Shown: piece by piece, positions 27,813 through 38,105 of the stretch
Layout of the letters: each line of letters starts with the position of its first letter
How positions within the stretch are numbered: the first letter of the stretch is position 1
Source of the DNA: Minisyncoccota bacterium
GTDB taxonomy: Bacteria > Patescibacteriota > Minisyncoccia > Phycocordibacterales > SBAW01
Assembly (NCBI GenBank): GCA_035546615.1
Contig: DASZWM010000006.1
Location: 144,417-208,416 of the forward strand
Reading direction: 5' to 3'
DNA: 64,000 bases
Notes under the pieces: generated by a model
What the model was told of the DNA's origin: nothing
The model's database searches: none
What the model saw: only the letters and a program-made list of their open reading frames with translations
Position numbers and translations under genes: made by a program

Positions 27813-29074
27813 TATAGTATCTTATTAGCTGCGTCTAATCCTGTTGCTAAGGCTGCTTCGACAGTGGCTGCCTCTCTACCTTGATATAACGCTTCGCCTG
27901 CGAAAAATATCTTGTTATCTATTGGCTCCAAAAGTTCCGTTTTTGCTGCCGCGGTAGACGGCTTTGCGTAACTATAAGCGCCTTTTGCATAGGGGTCAGC
28001 AGACCAATTTATCACGCGAAAGTGCTTAAGCTCGCTTTGCAGCATTTCTTTCGAAACTTTCAAGATGGTTGCAAGCGTATCAAGAGAGCGACTTACCACT
28101 ATTTCGTCGCTTAACCCTTCGAATTCCTTAACCTTAGGGCCCGCAAGCCAGCCGGTAAGCATTGGAATCTCTTCCGGGTACTGCGTCCACCATGCCCCGA
28201 ACTCCTCGTTAGTAAGCAGCAATATCATCTTGCTCAGATCATGTTCATTCGCCTGTGCCCACCAGCGAGATTTGAACTTCAAGAGCACTTTTATTACGCC
28301 GCCAAATCCGATGTTTTGTGCTGCCTGGATCTTTTCCGGCTGCTCCGGCGTAAAGGAAATATTTGGCAAAATCGAAGTCGGCACGGTTACAAGGACTTTC
28401 TGGGCCTCAAATATTTTTCCATCAGAGCACGTTATTTTTATAGTGTCGGTCGATGTATCTATTCCCTGTACTACAGTATGCAACTGTATCTCTACTCCAA
28501 GTCTTTTGCACTCATTTTGTAAAAACTTCACAAGCGCTCCATACCCCTCCTTCAATTTTGCCTGCTCTCCCATGCCTTCGCTCATCCACTCGTCGCGCAG
28601 CATGTACATGCTTACTTCCGCCGGGTCGGCTGCGTCGTACCCTTCAGCCATCCGCGTTACCGCATTGCGTAGACCTTCGTATTTTTCTTCCAAAAAATGC
28701 GTATCCAGGAATTTGGCAAGCGGCATATCTTCCTCAAGGACTTTTAACTTCTCCTGCAGTGCGTCCATATCGGGAACGATAAAGGGAGCCTGCGAAAGTT
28801 CGCCGTTGCGGGCATTCCAAATTTCTCCATCGCGCACTAATACCGTTAGCCCAGCGTCTTGTGCGAGAGCCCTGGTAACAGGAGTAGCTCCGTGTATAAA
28901 CTCTGCACCGGCTTCTGCAGGAAAGCCGAATTCATCGGCAGGTAAAGTGTAAATGCGCCCTCCGACGCGATCGCGCGCTTCCAGAATAGTCACTTTCTTT
29001 CCGGCCTTCGCGAGCTCTCGCGCAGCCATAAGTCCCGCAGCTCCGGCGCCTACAATAATTACCCCAGTATCCAT
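27812..29074 (-). CDS. Flavin-containing amine oxidase / FAD-dependent oxidoreductase
   Basis: N-terminal GAGAAG Rossmann motif and amine-oxidase-like body. AT-rich gene. Confidence 0.7.
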   Translation of the reverse strand: MDTGVIIVGAGAAGLMAARELAKAGKKVTILEARDRVGGRIYTLPADEFGFPAEAGAEFIHGATPVTRALAQDAGLTVLVRDGEIWNARNGELSQAPFIVPDMDALQEKLKVLEEDMPLAKFLDTHFLEEKYEGLRNAVTRMAEGYDAADPAEVSMYMLRDEWMSEGMGEQAKLKEGYGALVKFLQNECKRLGVEIQLHTVVQGIDTSTDTIKITCSDGKIFEAQKVLVTVPTSILPNISFTPEQPEKIQAAQNIGFGGVIKVLLKFKSRWWAQANEHDLSKMILLLTNEEFGAWWTQYPEEIPMLTGWLAGPKVKEFEGLSDEIVVSRSLDTLATILKVSKEMLQSELKHFRVINWSADPYAKGAYSYAKPSTAAAKTELLEPIDNKIFFAGEALYQGREAATVEAALATGLDAANKIL

Positions 29075-29105
29075 GTTCTAGATAAGTTTGAAAAAACTTA
29101 GGACT

Positions 29106-29480
29106 CTAGATTTTTTTAACAGTAAAGTAAGAACTAGCGACAGTCTTCTCACCAATGAGAATTTCTACATCGTAGCGACCTTCTTTCTCAACGGGGAACC
29201 CTTGAAGTCTATGTATAAATTGATGACGAAAGTTTTTTGGTTCAAAAGTTGTTGAATCCCTTCCAATTTCTTTTCCTTCACAGGAGATCCTAAATGATTC
29301 CATATATTGCTTATTTTGTTGGTCAGCCGGTATTTCAATATTGACAACAATGCACATACTGCTATGTATTGCAGGAAAGCCAGGTACATTTATAGAATCA
29401 AACACACCTCTGATATTTAATTTTTTGTCGTTCTCAGAAATTTCGGCCGAATCACACAAAAGAATGAAATTTGGTTTCAT
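29106..29480 (-). CDS. Hypothetical protein (124 aa)
   Basis: AT-rich. No recognisable motif. Confidence 0.45.
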   Translation of the reverse strand: MKPNFILLCDSAEISENDKKLNIRGVFDSINVPGFPAIHSSMCIVVNIEIPADQQNKQYMESFRISCEGKEIGRDSTTFEPKNFRHQFIHRLQGFPVEKEGRYDVEILIGEKTVASSYFTVKKI

Positions 29481-29519
29481 AAAAACTATTTTAGCATGTA
29501 AAAAAATATTTGTCTAATT

Positions 29520-30965
29520 TCATTTTATTTCCTTTTCTGTGGAACTATTCTCAGTCTCAAAAGAATTAGAAGAAGAAGGCAAGGTAAAGTCTTTCGTAGT
29601 TTGCGTTACCCCTAACTCATTGTAATCAATCTCTGGATTTGAGTTAATACGTTGATCAATCCGGTTCATATCGCGTGGGAAGGCGGACGCTTCTTTAACG
29701 TTCGCGAGGTTAAGCATTTTCATCGTGAGGCGCTCGAGCCCGGTTGAGCAGCCGCCGTGCGGCGGCATACCGTACTTGAAGGCCTGGAGATAGAAGGCGA
29801 ACTTCGCTGTGTCCATACCGCGCAATTTCATCTTCTCGATCAATTCATCGTAGTTATGGATGCGCTGCGAGCCGGAGTTGATCTCGAGCCCGCGGAAGAG
29901 GAGGTCGAAGCTACGGCTAAACTCCGGGTCCTCCGGGTCGGGGTAGGTGTAGAACGCGCGCTTCTTGGTCGGGAAGTGCGTAATAAAGATAAAGTCGGAG
30001 CTGAGCTTCTCCTTGGCGTATTGGCAGATCTGGCGCTCGTGCTCGGGCTCAAGGTCGAGCTCTCCTACTGCCTTGCCGCCGAACTCTTTCTCGATTATTT
30101 CTTGTGCTTCGCGCAAGGTGAAGGTTGGGAATGGTCCCTGCGGCAGCAGCGCCGGCTCCACCTTGAAGCGCTTCAGCGCGTCGATATGCTTCTCAGCAAC
30201 AGTCGTCGATATAGTTCGTATCACCTTCTCGAGCATCGCCATCACGTCCTTGTGCGAATCGACGAAGCCCATTTCGAACTCAAGCTGCGTCAGCTCGGCC
30301 AAATGCCGCGTCGTTGCGCTTTTCTCGGCGCGGAAGGTCTTGGCTACGGTCATCGAGCGCTCGAACGGCCCGACCATTATCTGCTTATAGAGCTGGCCGC
30401 TGGTCGCCAAGTACGCCTGCTTGCCGTAGTAGTCTTCTATCTTGAATACCGCCGCGCCTCCTTCGGCGTCGCCGCCCACCAGGACCGGCGCTTGGAATTC
30501 GGTAAAGCCTTCATCGCGCAATGCGTTCCTGAACGCGTTGACGATGGTTGCCTGCACGGTAAAGATGTCGCGCGTGCGCTCGATGCGCAGCGTGAGCGGC
30601 AGATTGTCGAAATGCGTGTCGATATTGAGCTCCGCGTCCATCGCAAACGGCAGCGAGTGCGCTTCCGAAAGCACTTTTATGCCCGTAATTTCAAGCTCGA
30701 TGTTGCCGTTGGGGACGTCGCGGCGCATCTTCTCCGGCCGCTCGTTCACCTTGCCCTCGATGCGCACGACCCACTCTTGCTTTAGCTTCTGCGCCACCTC
30801 AAGCACCTCCGGCTTGCCGAATACGACGCCCTGTACCTTGCCGGAGCGGTCGCGGAAGTCGAAAAAGGCCATCTTGCCCTGGTTGCGCGCGACATCCACC
30901 CAGCCGCCGATGGATACGGTTTCTCCGATATGCTTGCTCAAATCTCCAATTAAAGTCCGTTCCAT
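29520..30965 (-). CDS. aspS: Aspartyl (or asparaginyl) tRNA synthetase, class IIb, with unusual AT-rich C-terminal extension
   Basis: N-terminal OB fold. Motif 2 FRAE, motif 3 GGCSTGLERL. AspRS type 2 versus AsnRS cannot be resolved by eye. The last ~50 codons are Ser/Asn/Glu-rich and encoded by AT-rich DNA. Start trimmed to MERTLIG. Confidence 0.75.
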   Translation of the reverse strand: MERTLIGDLSKHIGETVSIGGWVDVARNQGKMAFFDFRDRSGKVQGVVFGKPEVLEVAQKLKQEWVVRIEGKVNERPEKMRRDVPNGNIELEITGIKVLSEAHSLPFAMDAELNIDTHFDNLPLTLRIERTRDIFTVQATIVNAFRNALRDEGFTEFQAPVLVGGDAEGGAAVFKIEDYYGKQAYLATSGQLYKQIMVGPFERSMTVAKTFRAEKSATTRHLAELTQLEFEMGFVDSHKDVMAMLEKVIRTISTTVAEKHIDALKRFKVEPALLPQGPFPTFTLREAQEIIEKEFGGKAVGELDLEPEHERQICQYAKEKLSSDFIFITHFPTKKRAFYTYPDPEDPEFSRSFDLLFRGLEINSGSQRIHNYDELIEKMKLRGMDTAKFAFYLQAFKYGMPPHGGCSTGLERLTMKMLNLANVKEASAFPRDMNRIDQRINSNPEIDYNELGVTQTTKDFTLPSSSNSFETENSSTEKEIK

Positions 30966-31002
30966 ATGTATTTTGTGTTTTTGCAAAAAGCTAAAATGAT
31001 TT

Positions 31003-31944
31003 TTATAGAGCCACGCCGACTTTTTGCCTGACATCCGCCATCTTAGCCGATGCTATCGCGCGGGCCTTTTCGGCTCCTTCGCGCAGGATCTGCTTAACCT
31101 GCTCGTCGGTTATATTTGCGCGCCTTTCCCGCATAGGGTCAATCGCAGCCTCTATGTCTTCCACAAGCGCGTCTTTCAGAACTTTGTAGCTGCCCTTATT
31201 CGCCGCATACAAGCTTTCAAGCTCGCTTTCGCTCTTAAAGAGCTTATGGATCGCGTACACATGCTCGGGGCGCTCGCCAGAGGAGTCGGTCACGATGCTC
31301 ATGACCGCTTTCGATATCTCGTCTTTGGTGCCGAAGAGTGGAATGGTGTTCTTATAGCTCTTGCTCATTTTCTGACCGTCGGTGCCGGGCACAGTGGCAA
31401 CCTCTTCGGAGATCTTTTCTTGCGGTTCTTTGAACGTTTGTCCGTATGCATTATTGAACTTGCTCGCCGCCTCGCGAGCGTATTCAACATGCTGGCGCTG
31501 GTCGGCCCCTACCGGCACGATATCGGTATCATACAGAAGGATATCGGCAGCCATAAGCATTGGGTACGTAAAAAGGCCCGCGTTCGCCTCGAGTCCTTTC
31601 GCTACCTTGTCCTTATATGAGTGCGCCTGCATCAAAAATGGCACGGTAACCAAACAATCAAATATCCACGCCAGTTCTGTGTGCTCCTGCACATCTGACT
31701 GCTTGAATATGATAGCCTTGCTCGGATCTACTCCTGCAGCGACATAGTTCTTTACCACATCAATAATGTTCTGCTTCAGCACCGCCGGGTCTTTAAGGCT
31801 CGTGAGCGCGTGGTAATCAACGACCATGAGGAAGCTTTCGTACTGCTCGTATTCGCTCACAAAGGGCTTGAGCGCGCCGAAATAGTTGCCGATATGCAAG
31901 GTGCCGGAAGGCTGAAGGCCCGTCAAAAGCCGCTTTTTTGCCAT
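31003..31944 (-). CDS. trpS: Tryptophanyl-tRNA synthetase
   Basis: HIGN and KMSKS motifs. Class Ic TrpRS-sized (313 aa). Confidence 0.85.
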   Translation of the reverse strand: MAKKRLLTGLQPSGTLHIGNYFGALKPFVSEYEQYESFLMVVDYHALTSLKDPAVLKQNIIDVVKNYVAAGVDPSKAIIFKQSDVQEHTELAWIFDCLVTVPFLMQAHSYKDKVAKGLEANAGLFTYPMLMAADILLYDTDIVPVGADQRQHVEYAREAASKFNNAYGQTFKEPQEKISEEVATVPGTDGQKMSKSYKNTIPLFGTKDEISKAVMSIVTDSSGERPEHVYAIHKLFKSESELESLYAANKGSYKVLKDALVEDIEAAIDPMRERRANITDEQVKQILREGAEKARAIASAKMADVRQKVGVAL

Positions 31945-31995
31945 ATGGCACTTAGTGTATCAGAAAATCCTTCCCTACCAAGGCTATTTCTATAC

Positions 31996-32024
31996 TTGAC
32001 TTTCTACTTAAATAGGAGTATAAT
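31996..32024 (+). promoter_or_regulatory. Sigma70 promoter TTGACT-17-TATAAT, ATG 5 nt downstream (leaderless-type)
   Basis: Consensus hexamers. -10 ends at 32024, ATG at 32029. Confidence 0.5.
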
Positions 32025-32028
32025 TAAC

Positions 32029-32427
32029 ATGAAACTGAACATTGGAGTACTAAAGATGCCAAAGTCAGAGAAGCCCAACGGTCTTACCGTCCTCCAGCGT
32101 TTTGTGACGGAGGAGATTTTCAAGGTCAGCGCAGAGATCGCCAAGAGATCACAGCAGACGGGAGTGAAGTCCCACACAGCTGCCTTTACTGCCGTCTTTG
32201 GGAAGCGTCTTGCGGTGCTTGATGCAATCTTGCTGGTGGTGAACCACCACCAGCACCGCCACAAAGGCTTATCGGAGAAGACTCGCCTCAATCTGATTCA
32301 GGCGGCAGAGACTTCTTTGTGGTCCTCCTCTCTTTCTGCAGACGGCGAGGAGGTGTCGCGCTATGTACCTCCCATGATGGAAGAAGACAAGATGCGCGAG
32401 TTGTTCCGTCTGATCCGTGCTGCCTAA
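32029..32427 (+). CDS. Hypothetical protein (132 aa)
   Basis: ATG immediately after the promoter. No recognisable motif. Confidence 0.45.
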   Translation: MKLNIGVLKMPKSEKPNGLTVLQRFVTEEIFKVSAEIAKRSQQTGVKSHTAAFTAVFGKRLAVLDAILLVVNHHQHRHKGLSEKTRLNLIQAAETSLWSSSLSADGEEVSRYVPPMMEEDKMRELFRLIRAA

Positions 32428-32618
32428 CCCGCCCGCAGAAGCCGTTCCGGCTCTGTCGGGCGGTTTCTGTTTATATGACAACTAGAGTCATAGATAATTT
32501 AGTTGTCGTCACAACTAAATTTCTGCCGACCCCGCCTCAGCTATTTTGCTTGCTGGCAAAATATGCTTCCGGCCCGTGTAAGTGCAGCAAAAAGTAAAGC
32601 AGTTTACTTTTTTCAGCC

Positions 32619-33701
32619 TTACACGCCTTCTTCCTTGAGTTTCTCTATCAGTCCTTTAGCTGTTTTGGAGAGTTTTTGTGGCAGGATTATTTTAACGCGC
32701 ACTATTAAATCGCCGCGCTTGCCCCGGCCCATAACTACGCCGCGGCCCTTTACCGAAATAGTCTCGCCATGCGTGATGCCGGGTGGAATAGAGAGGGCCT
32801 CTTCCCCGTCGAGTGTTTGAATTTTATATTCTGCACCCAAAAGCGCGTCGGAAAGCTTTACCGAAAGGTCGGTCATGATATGCGCGCCTTCTTTCTTAAA
32901 GCGCGGATCGGGGCTGACGTGCACTTTTACGTACAGGTCGCCTGAGGCTCCGCCCGCCACCGCCTCCCCCGAGCCGGTAAGGCGTATCATCTCGCCGCCC
33001 TCAATGCCCGCGGGCACGACTATCTCTATCTCTTCCTGCTTCTTGTAGACGCCTTCGCCGCGGCAGGTGTGGCATTTTTCCTTCGGAACTTTGCCGGTGC
33101 CGTGGCATTGCGGACAGACCCGCGTCATCGAGATGGAACCGAAGAACGAGTTGTTGGTCTCGTGGATCTTGCCCGCGCCGTTGCACTTGTTGCAGGTCTC
33201 GAGCTTGGTGCCCGGCTCGGCGCCGGAGCCGCCGCAGGTCTCGCATTGCGCGGTCTTGGCAAGAAGCACGCGGCGGGTCGTGCCGAATACGGACTCCTTA
33301 AAGGAGATCTCTAAATCTATGGAAATGTCGCGGCCGCGGCGCTGGCGCGTGCCGCCGCCCTGAAAGAGGTCGCTGAATACGTCGCTAAAGTCGAAGCCTC
33401 CCATGCCGCCGTTGAATGCGTCCTGGAATTGCGAGAAGTCGAAGCCCTGTCCGCCGCCGAAACCGCCCTGGTTGGGATTGCCGCCGCTGAACGTGCGGCC
33501 GTAGGAATCGTACTCGGCGCGCTTCTTTTCGTCGGAAAGTATTGAGTATGCTTCGGAAACCTCTTTGAATTTGTCGGAATCACCGGAGCTTTTGTCCGGG
33601 TGGAATTTATGCGCGAGCTTGTGGAACGCTTTCTTTATCTCATCCTTGGTGGCCTTTTTATCGACTCCCAGGATCTCGTAATAGTCGCGGTTCCCTGCCA
33701 T
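32619..33701 (-). CDS. dnaJ: Chaperone DnaJ
   Basis: J-domain with HPD, G/F region, four CxxCxGxG zinc-finger repeats. Confidence 0.9.
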   Translation of the reverse strand: MAGNRDYYEILGVDKKATKDEIKKAFHKLAHKFHPDKSSGDSDKFKEVSEAYSILSDEKKRAEYDSYGRTFSGGNPNQGGFGGGQGFDFSQFQDAFNGGMGGFDFSDVFSDLFQGGGTRQRRGRDISIDLEISFKESVFGTTRRVLLAKTAQCETCGGSGAEPGTKLETCNKCNGAGKIHETNNSFFGSISMTRVCPQCHGTGKVPKEKCHTCRGEGVYKKQEEIEIVVPAGIEGGEMIRLTGSGEAVAGGASGDLYVKVHVSPDPRFKKEGAHIMTDLSVKLSDALLGAEYKIQTLDGEEALSIPPGITHGETISVKGRGVVMGRGKRGDLIVRVKIILPQKLSKTAKGLIEKLKEEGV

Positions 33702-33719
33702 AATTCCATTATTCTACCG

Positions 33720-35564
33720 CTATTTTTCGTCTTCCGCAAGCTCCTCCTCTTCCGGGGCTTCCTTCAAAGCTGCCTCGGCATCATCATCAATTATGAAACC
33801 GCCCGCCTGTATGCTCCAGAGCTTATGGTACAAACCTTTCTGCTGCAGAAGCTCCTCGTGCGTGCCTGACGCCACGACTTTGCCGTTTTCAAGTACGACG
33901 ATGCGGTCCATTTTCATGATAGTGCTGAGGCGGTGCGCGATAACGATGACGGTCTTGCCGCGCATAAGCACCTCAAGCGCGTCCTGAATGAGCGCTTCCG
34001 ACTCGGAGTCGAGGCTCGAAGTCGCTTCGTCGAGCACCAGTATCGGTGCATCCTTCAGTATTGCGCGAGCAATAGCAACGCGTTGGCGTTCGCCGCCTGA
34101 AAGCTTGATGCCCCGCTCGCCCACGAATGTGTTATAGCCTTCCGGCAGATGCGCGATGAACTCGTGGCAATGCGCTTTGCGCGCCGCCTCGATGACTTCC
34201 TCGTCAGAAGCGTCGCGGCGGCCGTAGCGGATGTTCTCCATAAGCGTCCGGTGGAAAAGAATCGGCTCCTGCGGGACGAAGGAAATAGCGTCGCGCAGGC
34301 TCTCTTGCGTGACATCCGCGATGTTCTGGCCGTCCACTTCTATAGACCCGCCCTTAAGATCGTACAGGCGCAGCAAGAGCTTCGTGATGGTCGTTTTCCC
34401 CGCTCCGGAGGGCCCGACAAGCGCGATCTTCTCCCGCGGCGCGATGCTAAGCGTGAAATCCTCCAATATGCTGCGGTTGTCGTGGAAGCGGAACTGGACA
34501 TTCCTGAAAGAGACCTGTCCCTCCGCAACCTTCAGCGCCTGCGCGCCCTTTTTGTCCCGGATCTCATGCGGCGTTATGAGGATCTCCACCATTTCGCTGG
34601 CGTCCGCGAACGCATCGTAGAAGCGCCGGAGCTCGCGGTTGATGCCCACCAGGCGGTCGAACGTGGTCAGAAGGTACGATTGGATAAGCACGAAGTCGCC
34701 GATGGTGAGAAGCCCTTCCTGCCACAGCAGAACGCCGCCGTAGAGAAGGCCTATCTCGATGACGGTCATAAAGAGCCCGATGCCGGCCCAGATCCAGTCG
34801 TCCGTCATCCAGGAGCGCAGGCTCGCCTTGCGCCATGCGTCTATCGCCTCGCCGTAGCGCTTATTCTCGTACGACTTGCCGGAAAACAAATCGATAGTCG
34901 CCTGGTTGGAGACCGCGTCCGCCAAGGCTGCCGTAGTGCGCGTCTCCGCCTCGGAGCGGGCGATGCGGACAGGCTGGCGCAGGTGCGCGACGAACACCTG
35001 GAACGTTATAAAGCAGACAGCCCATACGGCAAGCGCGATGCCCAGCATGTGGCTGCGCATGAACAGAACCGTTACCGCGCCGGCCACGAACAGGAAGGTG
35101 GGAAAGAACGATATGACCACGTTGTCGAACAGCATTTCGAAGGAGCGCACGTACTTGCTCAGCTTATGCGTGAGCGAGCCCGCGAAGTGGGAAACGAAGA
35201 AATTGTAGGAGTGCCCGATAAGGTAGGAGAAGGACGACGAATACAGGCTGGTCATCACCTTCGCGGTGAAATAATTATTGCTCTGTCCCTGCACGCGCCT
35301 GGCCGCCCACTCGCCCAGATAGATGAGGGTTACGATGGCGAGTATGCCGCCCAGCGTATGCACGGTTTGGGCGTCCGGATGCGGGGTGGTGGCCAGTATG
35401 TTGAAGAAGTTGCGCAGGTACCAGGGCGCCGCCAGGCTTGCGAGCTGGATGCCGACGCCGCCCAGGATGATAAGCGATAGAAGCCCGGGGTATGCCCTGA
35501 CTTCCGTAAAATACGCGCGGAACACCGCGCCGGCTTTCGCCCGCTTTTTCTCCTGTTTCGGCAT
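33720..35564 (-). CDS. ABC exporter, fused permease/ATPase (MsbA-like)
   Basis: Six-TM domain plus NBD (Walker A GPSGAGKTT, LSGGERQR, Walker B). Embedded in the dnaK operon. Confidence 0.8.
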   Translation of the reverse strand: MPKQEKKRAKAGAVFRAYFTEVRAYPGLLSLIILGGVGIQLASLAAPWYLRNFFNILATTPHPDAQTVHTLGGILAIVTLIYLGEWAARRVQGQSNNYFTAKVMTSLYSSSFSYLIGHSYNFFVSHFAGSLTHKLSKYVRSFEMLFDNVVISFFPTFLFVAGAVTVLFMRSHMLGIALAVWAVCFITFQVFVAHLRQPVRIARSEAETRTTAALADAVSNQATIDLFSGKSYENKRYGEAIDAWRKASLRSWMTDDWIWAGIGLFMTVIEIGLLYGGVLLWQEGLLTIGDFVLIQSYLLTTFDRLVGINRELRRFYDAFADASEMVEILITPHEIRDKKGAQALKVAEGQVSFRNVQFRFHDNRSILEDFTLSIAPREKIALVGPSGAGKTTITKLLLRLYDLKGGSIEVDGQNIADVTQESLRDAISFVPQEPILFHRTLMENIRYGRRDASDEEVIEAARKAHCHEFIAHLPEGYNTFVGERGIKLSGGERQRVAIARAILKDAPILVLDEATSSLDSESEALIQDALEVLMRGKTVIVIAHRLSTIMKMDRIVVLENGKVVASGTHEELLQQKGLYHKLWSIQAGGFIIDDDAEAALKEAPEEEELAEDEK

Positions 35565-35587
35565 GTTTTCTACAGTAGCACGAACCT

Positions 35588-37498
35588 TTACTTGGCCTCC
35601 GGATTATCGTTGGGGGCTGATTGTGAGCCTGCTTCGCCCGGCGGAGGCGTTTGACCGTCCTGGGGAGCGGATTGAGAGCCTGCGGCCTTCTGCACCGCTT
35701 CGTAAACCTTCGAGAGTTCCTTTGAAAGCTCCTCGGCGGCCGATTTGAGCGCGGCTGCGTCGTCGCTTCCCTTCTTGCCCTCAACTGCGGCGATTTTCTC
35801 GTTTATAGAAGCCTCGAGCTCCGCCGGAACCTTGCCCTTGTTGTCGGCAAGCGCCTTTTTGGCGCCGTAGACCAGCTGTTCGGCCTGGTTGCGGGCTTCG
35901 GCTATCTCCATTTTCTGCTTGTCGCTGGCGGCATTGGCCTCCGCGTCCTTCTTCATGCGCTCAATATCGGCGTCGGAAAGGCCCGAGCGGGCTTCGATGC
36001 GAATGGTCTGCTCCTTGCCGGTCGCCTTGTCCTTTGCCTTGACCGAAAGGATGCCGTTTGCGTCCACGTCGAAGGTGACCTCTATTTGCGGCAGGCCCCG
36101 GGGCGCCGGCGGAATGCCGTCAAGCACGAACTGGCCAAGCGACTTGTTGTCGGATGCCATGGCGCGCTCGCCCTGGGTGATGTGTATCTCTACGGACGTC
36201 TGGTTGTCGGCTGCGGTCGAGAAGGTCTGCGATTTGCTGGTCGGAATAGTGGTATTGCGCTCAATAAGCTTGGTTGACACGCCGCCCATGGTCTCGATGC
36301 CGAGGGAAAGCGGAATAACGTCCAAGAGGAGCACGTCCTTCACTTCGCCACCCAAGATGCCGCCCTGGATGGCGGCGCCTATTGCCACCACTTCGTCGGG
36401 GTTGACCGACATATTCGCCTTGCGGCCGAAGAACTTCTCTACCGCCGCCTGGAGCGCCGGCATCCGGGTCTGGCCGCCCACCAGAATGACCTCGTTGATA
36501 TCGCCGACCTTAAAGGGAGAGGCTTCCATGGCGCGCTTGGTTATGGCCATAGCGCGGTCGACGAACTCCGCGGCGAGCTCCTCGAGCTTCGCGCGGGTCA
36601 TCTTGATAAGCAGGTGGCGCGGGCCCGAAGCGTCGGAGGTGAGGAACGGGATGTTTACCTCGGTCTCAACGGCCGTTGAAAGCTCGATCTTGGCCTTTTC
36701 CGCCGCCTCGTCGAGGCGCTGGCGCGCGAGCGGGTCATTGCGCACGTCGATGCCGGACTCCTTCTGGAACTCGGTCGCGAGGAAGTCGATTATCTTCTGG
36801 TCGATATCCTTGCCGCCCAGGTGCGCATCGCCGTCGGTGGACTTAACCTCGATGGCGCCCTCGCCCTCGGTGGACATGCCGACCTCGAGGATGGAGATGT
36901 CGAAGGTGCCGCCGCCGAAGTCGAACACCGCTATCTTTTCGTCCTTTTTCTTGTTGAATCCGTACGCGAGCGCGGCCGCGGTCGGCTCGTTGATGATGCG
37001 CTTTACGTCCAGGCCCGCTATTTTGCCGGCGTCCTTGGTCGCCTGACGCTGGGAGTCGTTGAAGTATGCCGGAACGGTGATGACCGCTTCGGTAATAGGC
37101 TCGCCGAGGCGCTTTTCAGCGTCCGCCTTGAGCTTGGCGAGGATCATCGCCGAAACCGCTTCAGGCGTGTACCATTGGTCGCCCATCTGCACCTCTATGC
37201 CGCCGCTTGAGGTCTTGCGCATCTCGTAGGGCACCGCGCCTTTGTCCTTCTGAACCGCCGGCTCGTCGAACGTGTGGCCGATGAAGCGCTTTATCTGATA
37301 GACCGTGTTCTTGGGGTTGGTAACTCCCTGGCGGCGGGCGATGAGGCCCACCAGGCGCTCGCCGGTCTTGCTGGTTGCCACGACCGAGGGCATAGTGCGC
37401 GCCCCTTCCGAAGTTTCAAGAATGGTCGCTTCGCCGCCCTTCATCACCGCCATTGCGGAGTTAGTGGTGCCCAGGTCTATGCCGAGAATTTTTGCCAT
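35588..37498 (-). CDS. dnaK: Chaperone DnaK (Hsp70)
   Basis: [10 protein letters not shown] and DLGGGTFD motifs. Full Hsp70. Confidence 0.95.
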   Translation of the reverse strand: MAKILGIDLGTTNSAMAVMKGGEATILETSEGARTMPSVVATSKTGERLVGLIARRQGVTNPKNTVYQIKRFIGHTFDEPAVQKDKGAVPYEMRKTSSGGIEVQMGDQWYTPEAVSAMILAKLKADAEKRLGEPITEAVITVPAYFNDSQRQATKDAGKIAGLDVKRIINEPTAAALAYGFNKKKDEKIAVFDFGGGTFDISILEVGMSTEGEGAIEVKSTDGDAHLGGKDIDQKIIDFLATEFQKESGIDVRNDPLARQRLDEAAEKAKIELSTAVETEVNIPFLTSDASGPRHLLIKMTRAKLEELAAEFVDRAMAITKRAMEASPFKVGDINEVILVGGQTRMPALQAAVEKFFGRKANMSVNPDEVVAIGAAIQGGILGGEVKDVLLLDVIPLSLGIETMGGVSTKLIERNTTIPTSKSQTFSTAADNQTSVEIHITQGERAMASDNKSLGQFVLDGIPPAPRGLPQIEVTFDVDANGILSVKAKDKATGKEQTIRIEARSGLSDADIERMKKDAEANAASDKQKMEIAEARNQAEQLVYGAKKALADNKGKVPAELEASINEKIAAVEGKKGSDDAAALKSAAEELSKELSKVYEAVQKAAGSQSAPQDGQTPPPGEAGSQSAPNDNPEAK

Positions 37499-37525
37499 AG
37501 TATTTTATAGATTAATTGCTAAATT

Positions 37526-38038
37526 TTAAGATTGTTTGTAGCTGCCTACCGACACTTGCGCCGGTCTGATGACGAAATCACCAATACTATATCCGGAGCG
37601 TTCTACCGAGACAATAGTGTGCTCTTTTTCTGCCGAATCCACCGCGACTTCGCGCAGCGCCTCGTGCTTGTGCGGGTCAAATTTCTCGCCCGCGGCGCCA
37701 TATTGCTCTATGCCCATGCGCTTAAGGGTGCCGAGGAGCTGCTTGTAGAGCACTTCAAGCTCCTTTGAGGCCCCATGCTTGGCTGACATCTCGAACGAGT
37801 CGAGTACCGGGATAAGCTCCTCCGCAAGGCCGGCCTTCGTGCGCTCCTGCATGTACTGGCGCTGCGTAGCCTCATCCTTTTTGTAGTTGGCGAGGTCCGC
37901 CTGCGAGCGCTGCCAGCCCTCAAGGTTGGTCTTTGCTTCCTCTTCTGCCTTCGAGGCGCGGTCGCGGAGCTTCTTTATCGCCCCTGCGGGATTTTCCGCG
38001 TCTTCTTCCGGCACGAACTCATCGTCGATGTCGGACAT
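37526..38038 (-). CDS. grpE: Nucleotide exchange factor GrpE
   Basis: GrpE coiled-coil plus C-terminal beta domain. Confidence 0.85.
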   Translation of the reverse strand: MSDIDDEFVPEEDAENPAGAIKKLRDRASKAEEEAKTNLEGWQRSQADLANYKKDEATQRQYMQERTKAGLAEELIPVLDSFEMSAKHGASKELEVLYKQLLGTLKRMGIEQYGAAGEKFDPHKHEALREVAVDSAEKEHTIVSVERSGYSIGDFVIRPAQVSVGSYKQS

Positions 38039-38047
38039 AGTGAAAAC

Positions 38048-38076
38048 ATTATACTCAAAATTTGAGATTGGTCAAG
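38048..38076 (-). promoter_or_regulatory. Sigma70 promoter of grpE (TTGACC-17-TATAAT) with internal CTCAAAATTTGAG dyad
   Basis: Minus-strand -35 at 38071-38076 and -10 at 38048-38053, ~9-nt leader. Near-palindrome in the spacer may be a repressor site. Confidence 0.5.
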
Positions 38077-38105
38077 AAAAAACCGGCTTTCGCCGGCTTT
38101 TCTTG
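38076..38105 (-). terminator. Rho-independent terminator downstream of rpsI
   Basis: GCCGGC-gaaa-GCCGGT followed by TTTTTT on the minus strand. Confidence 0.75.
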
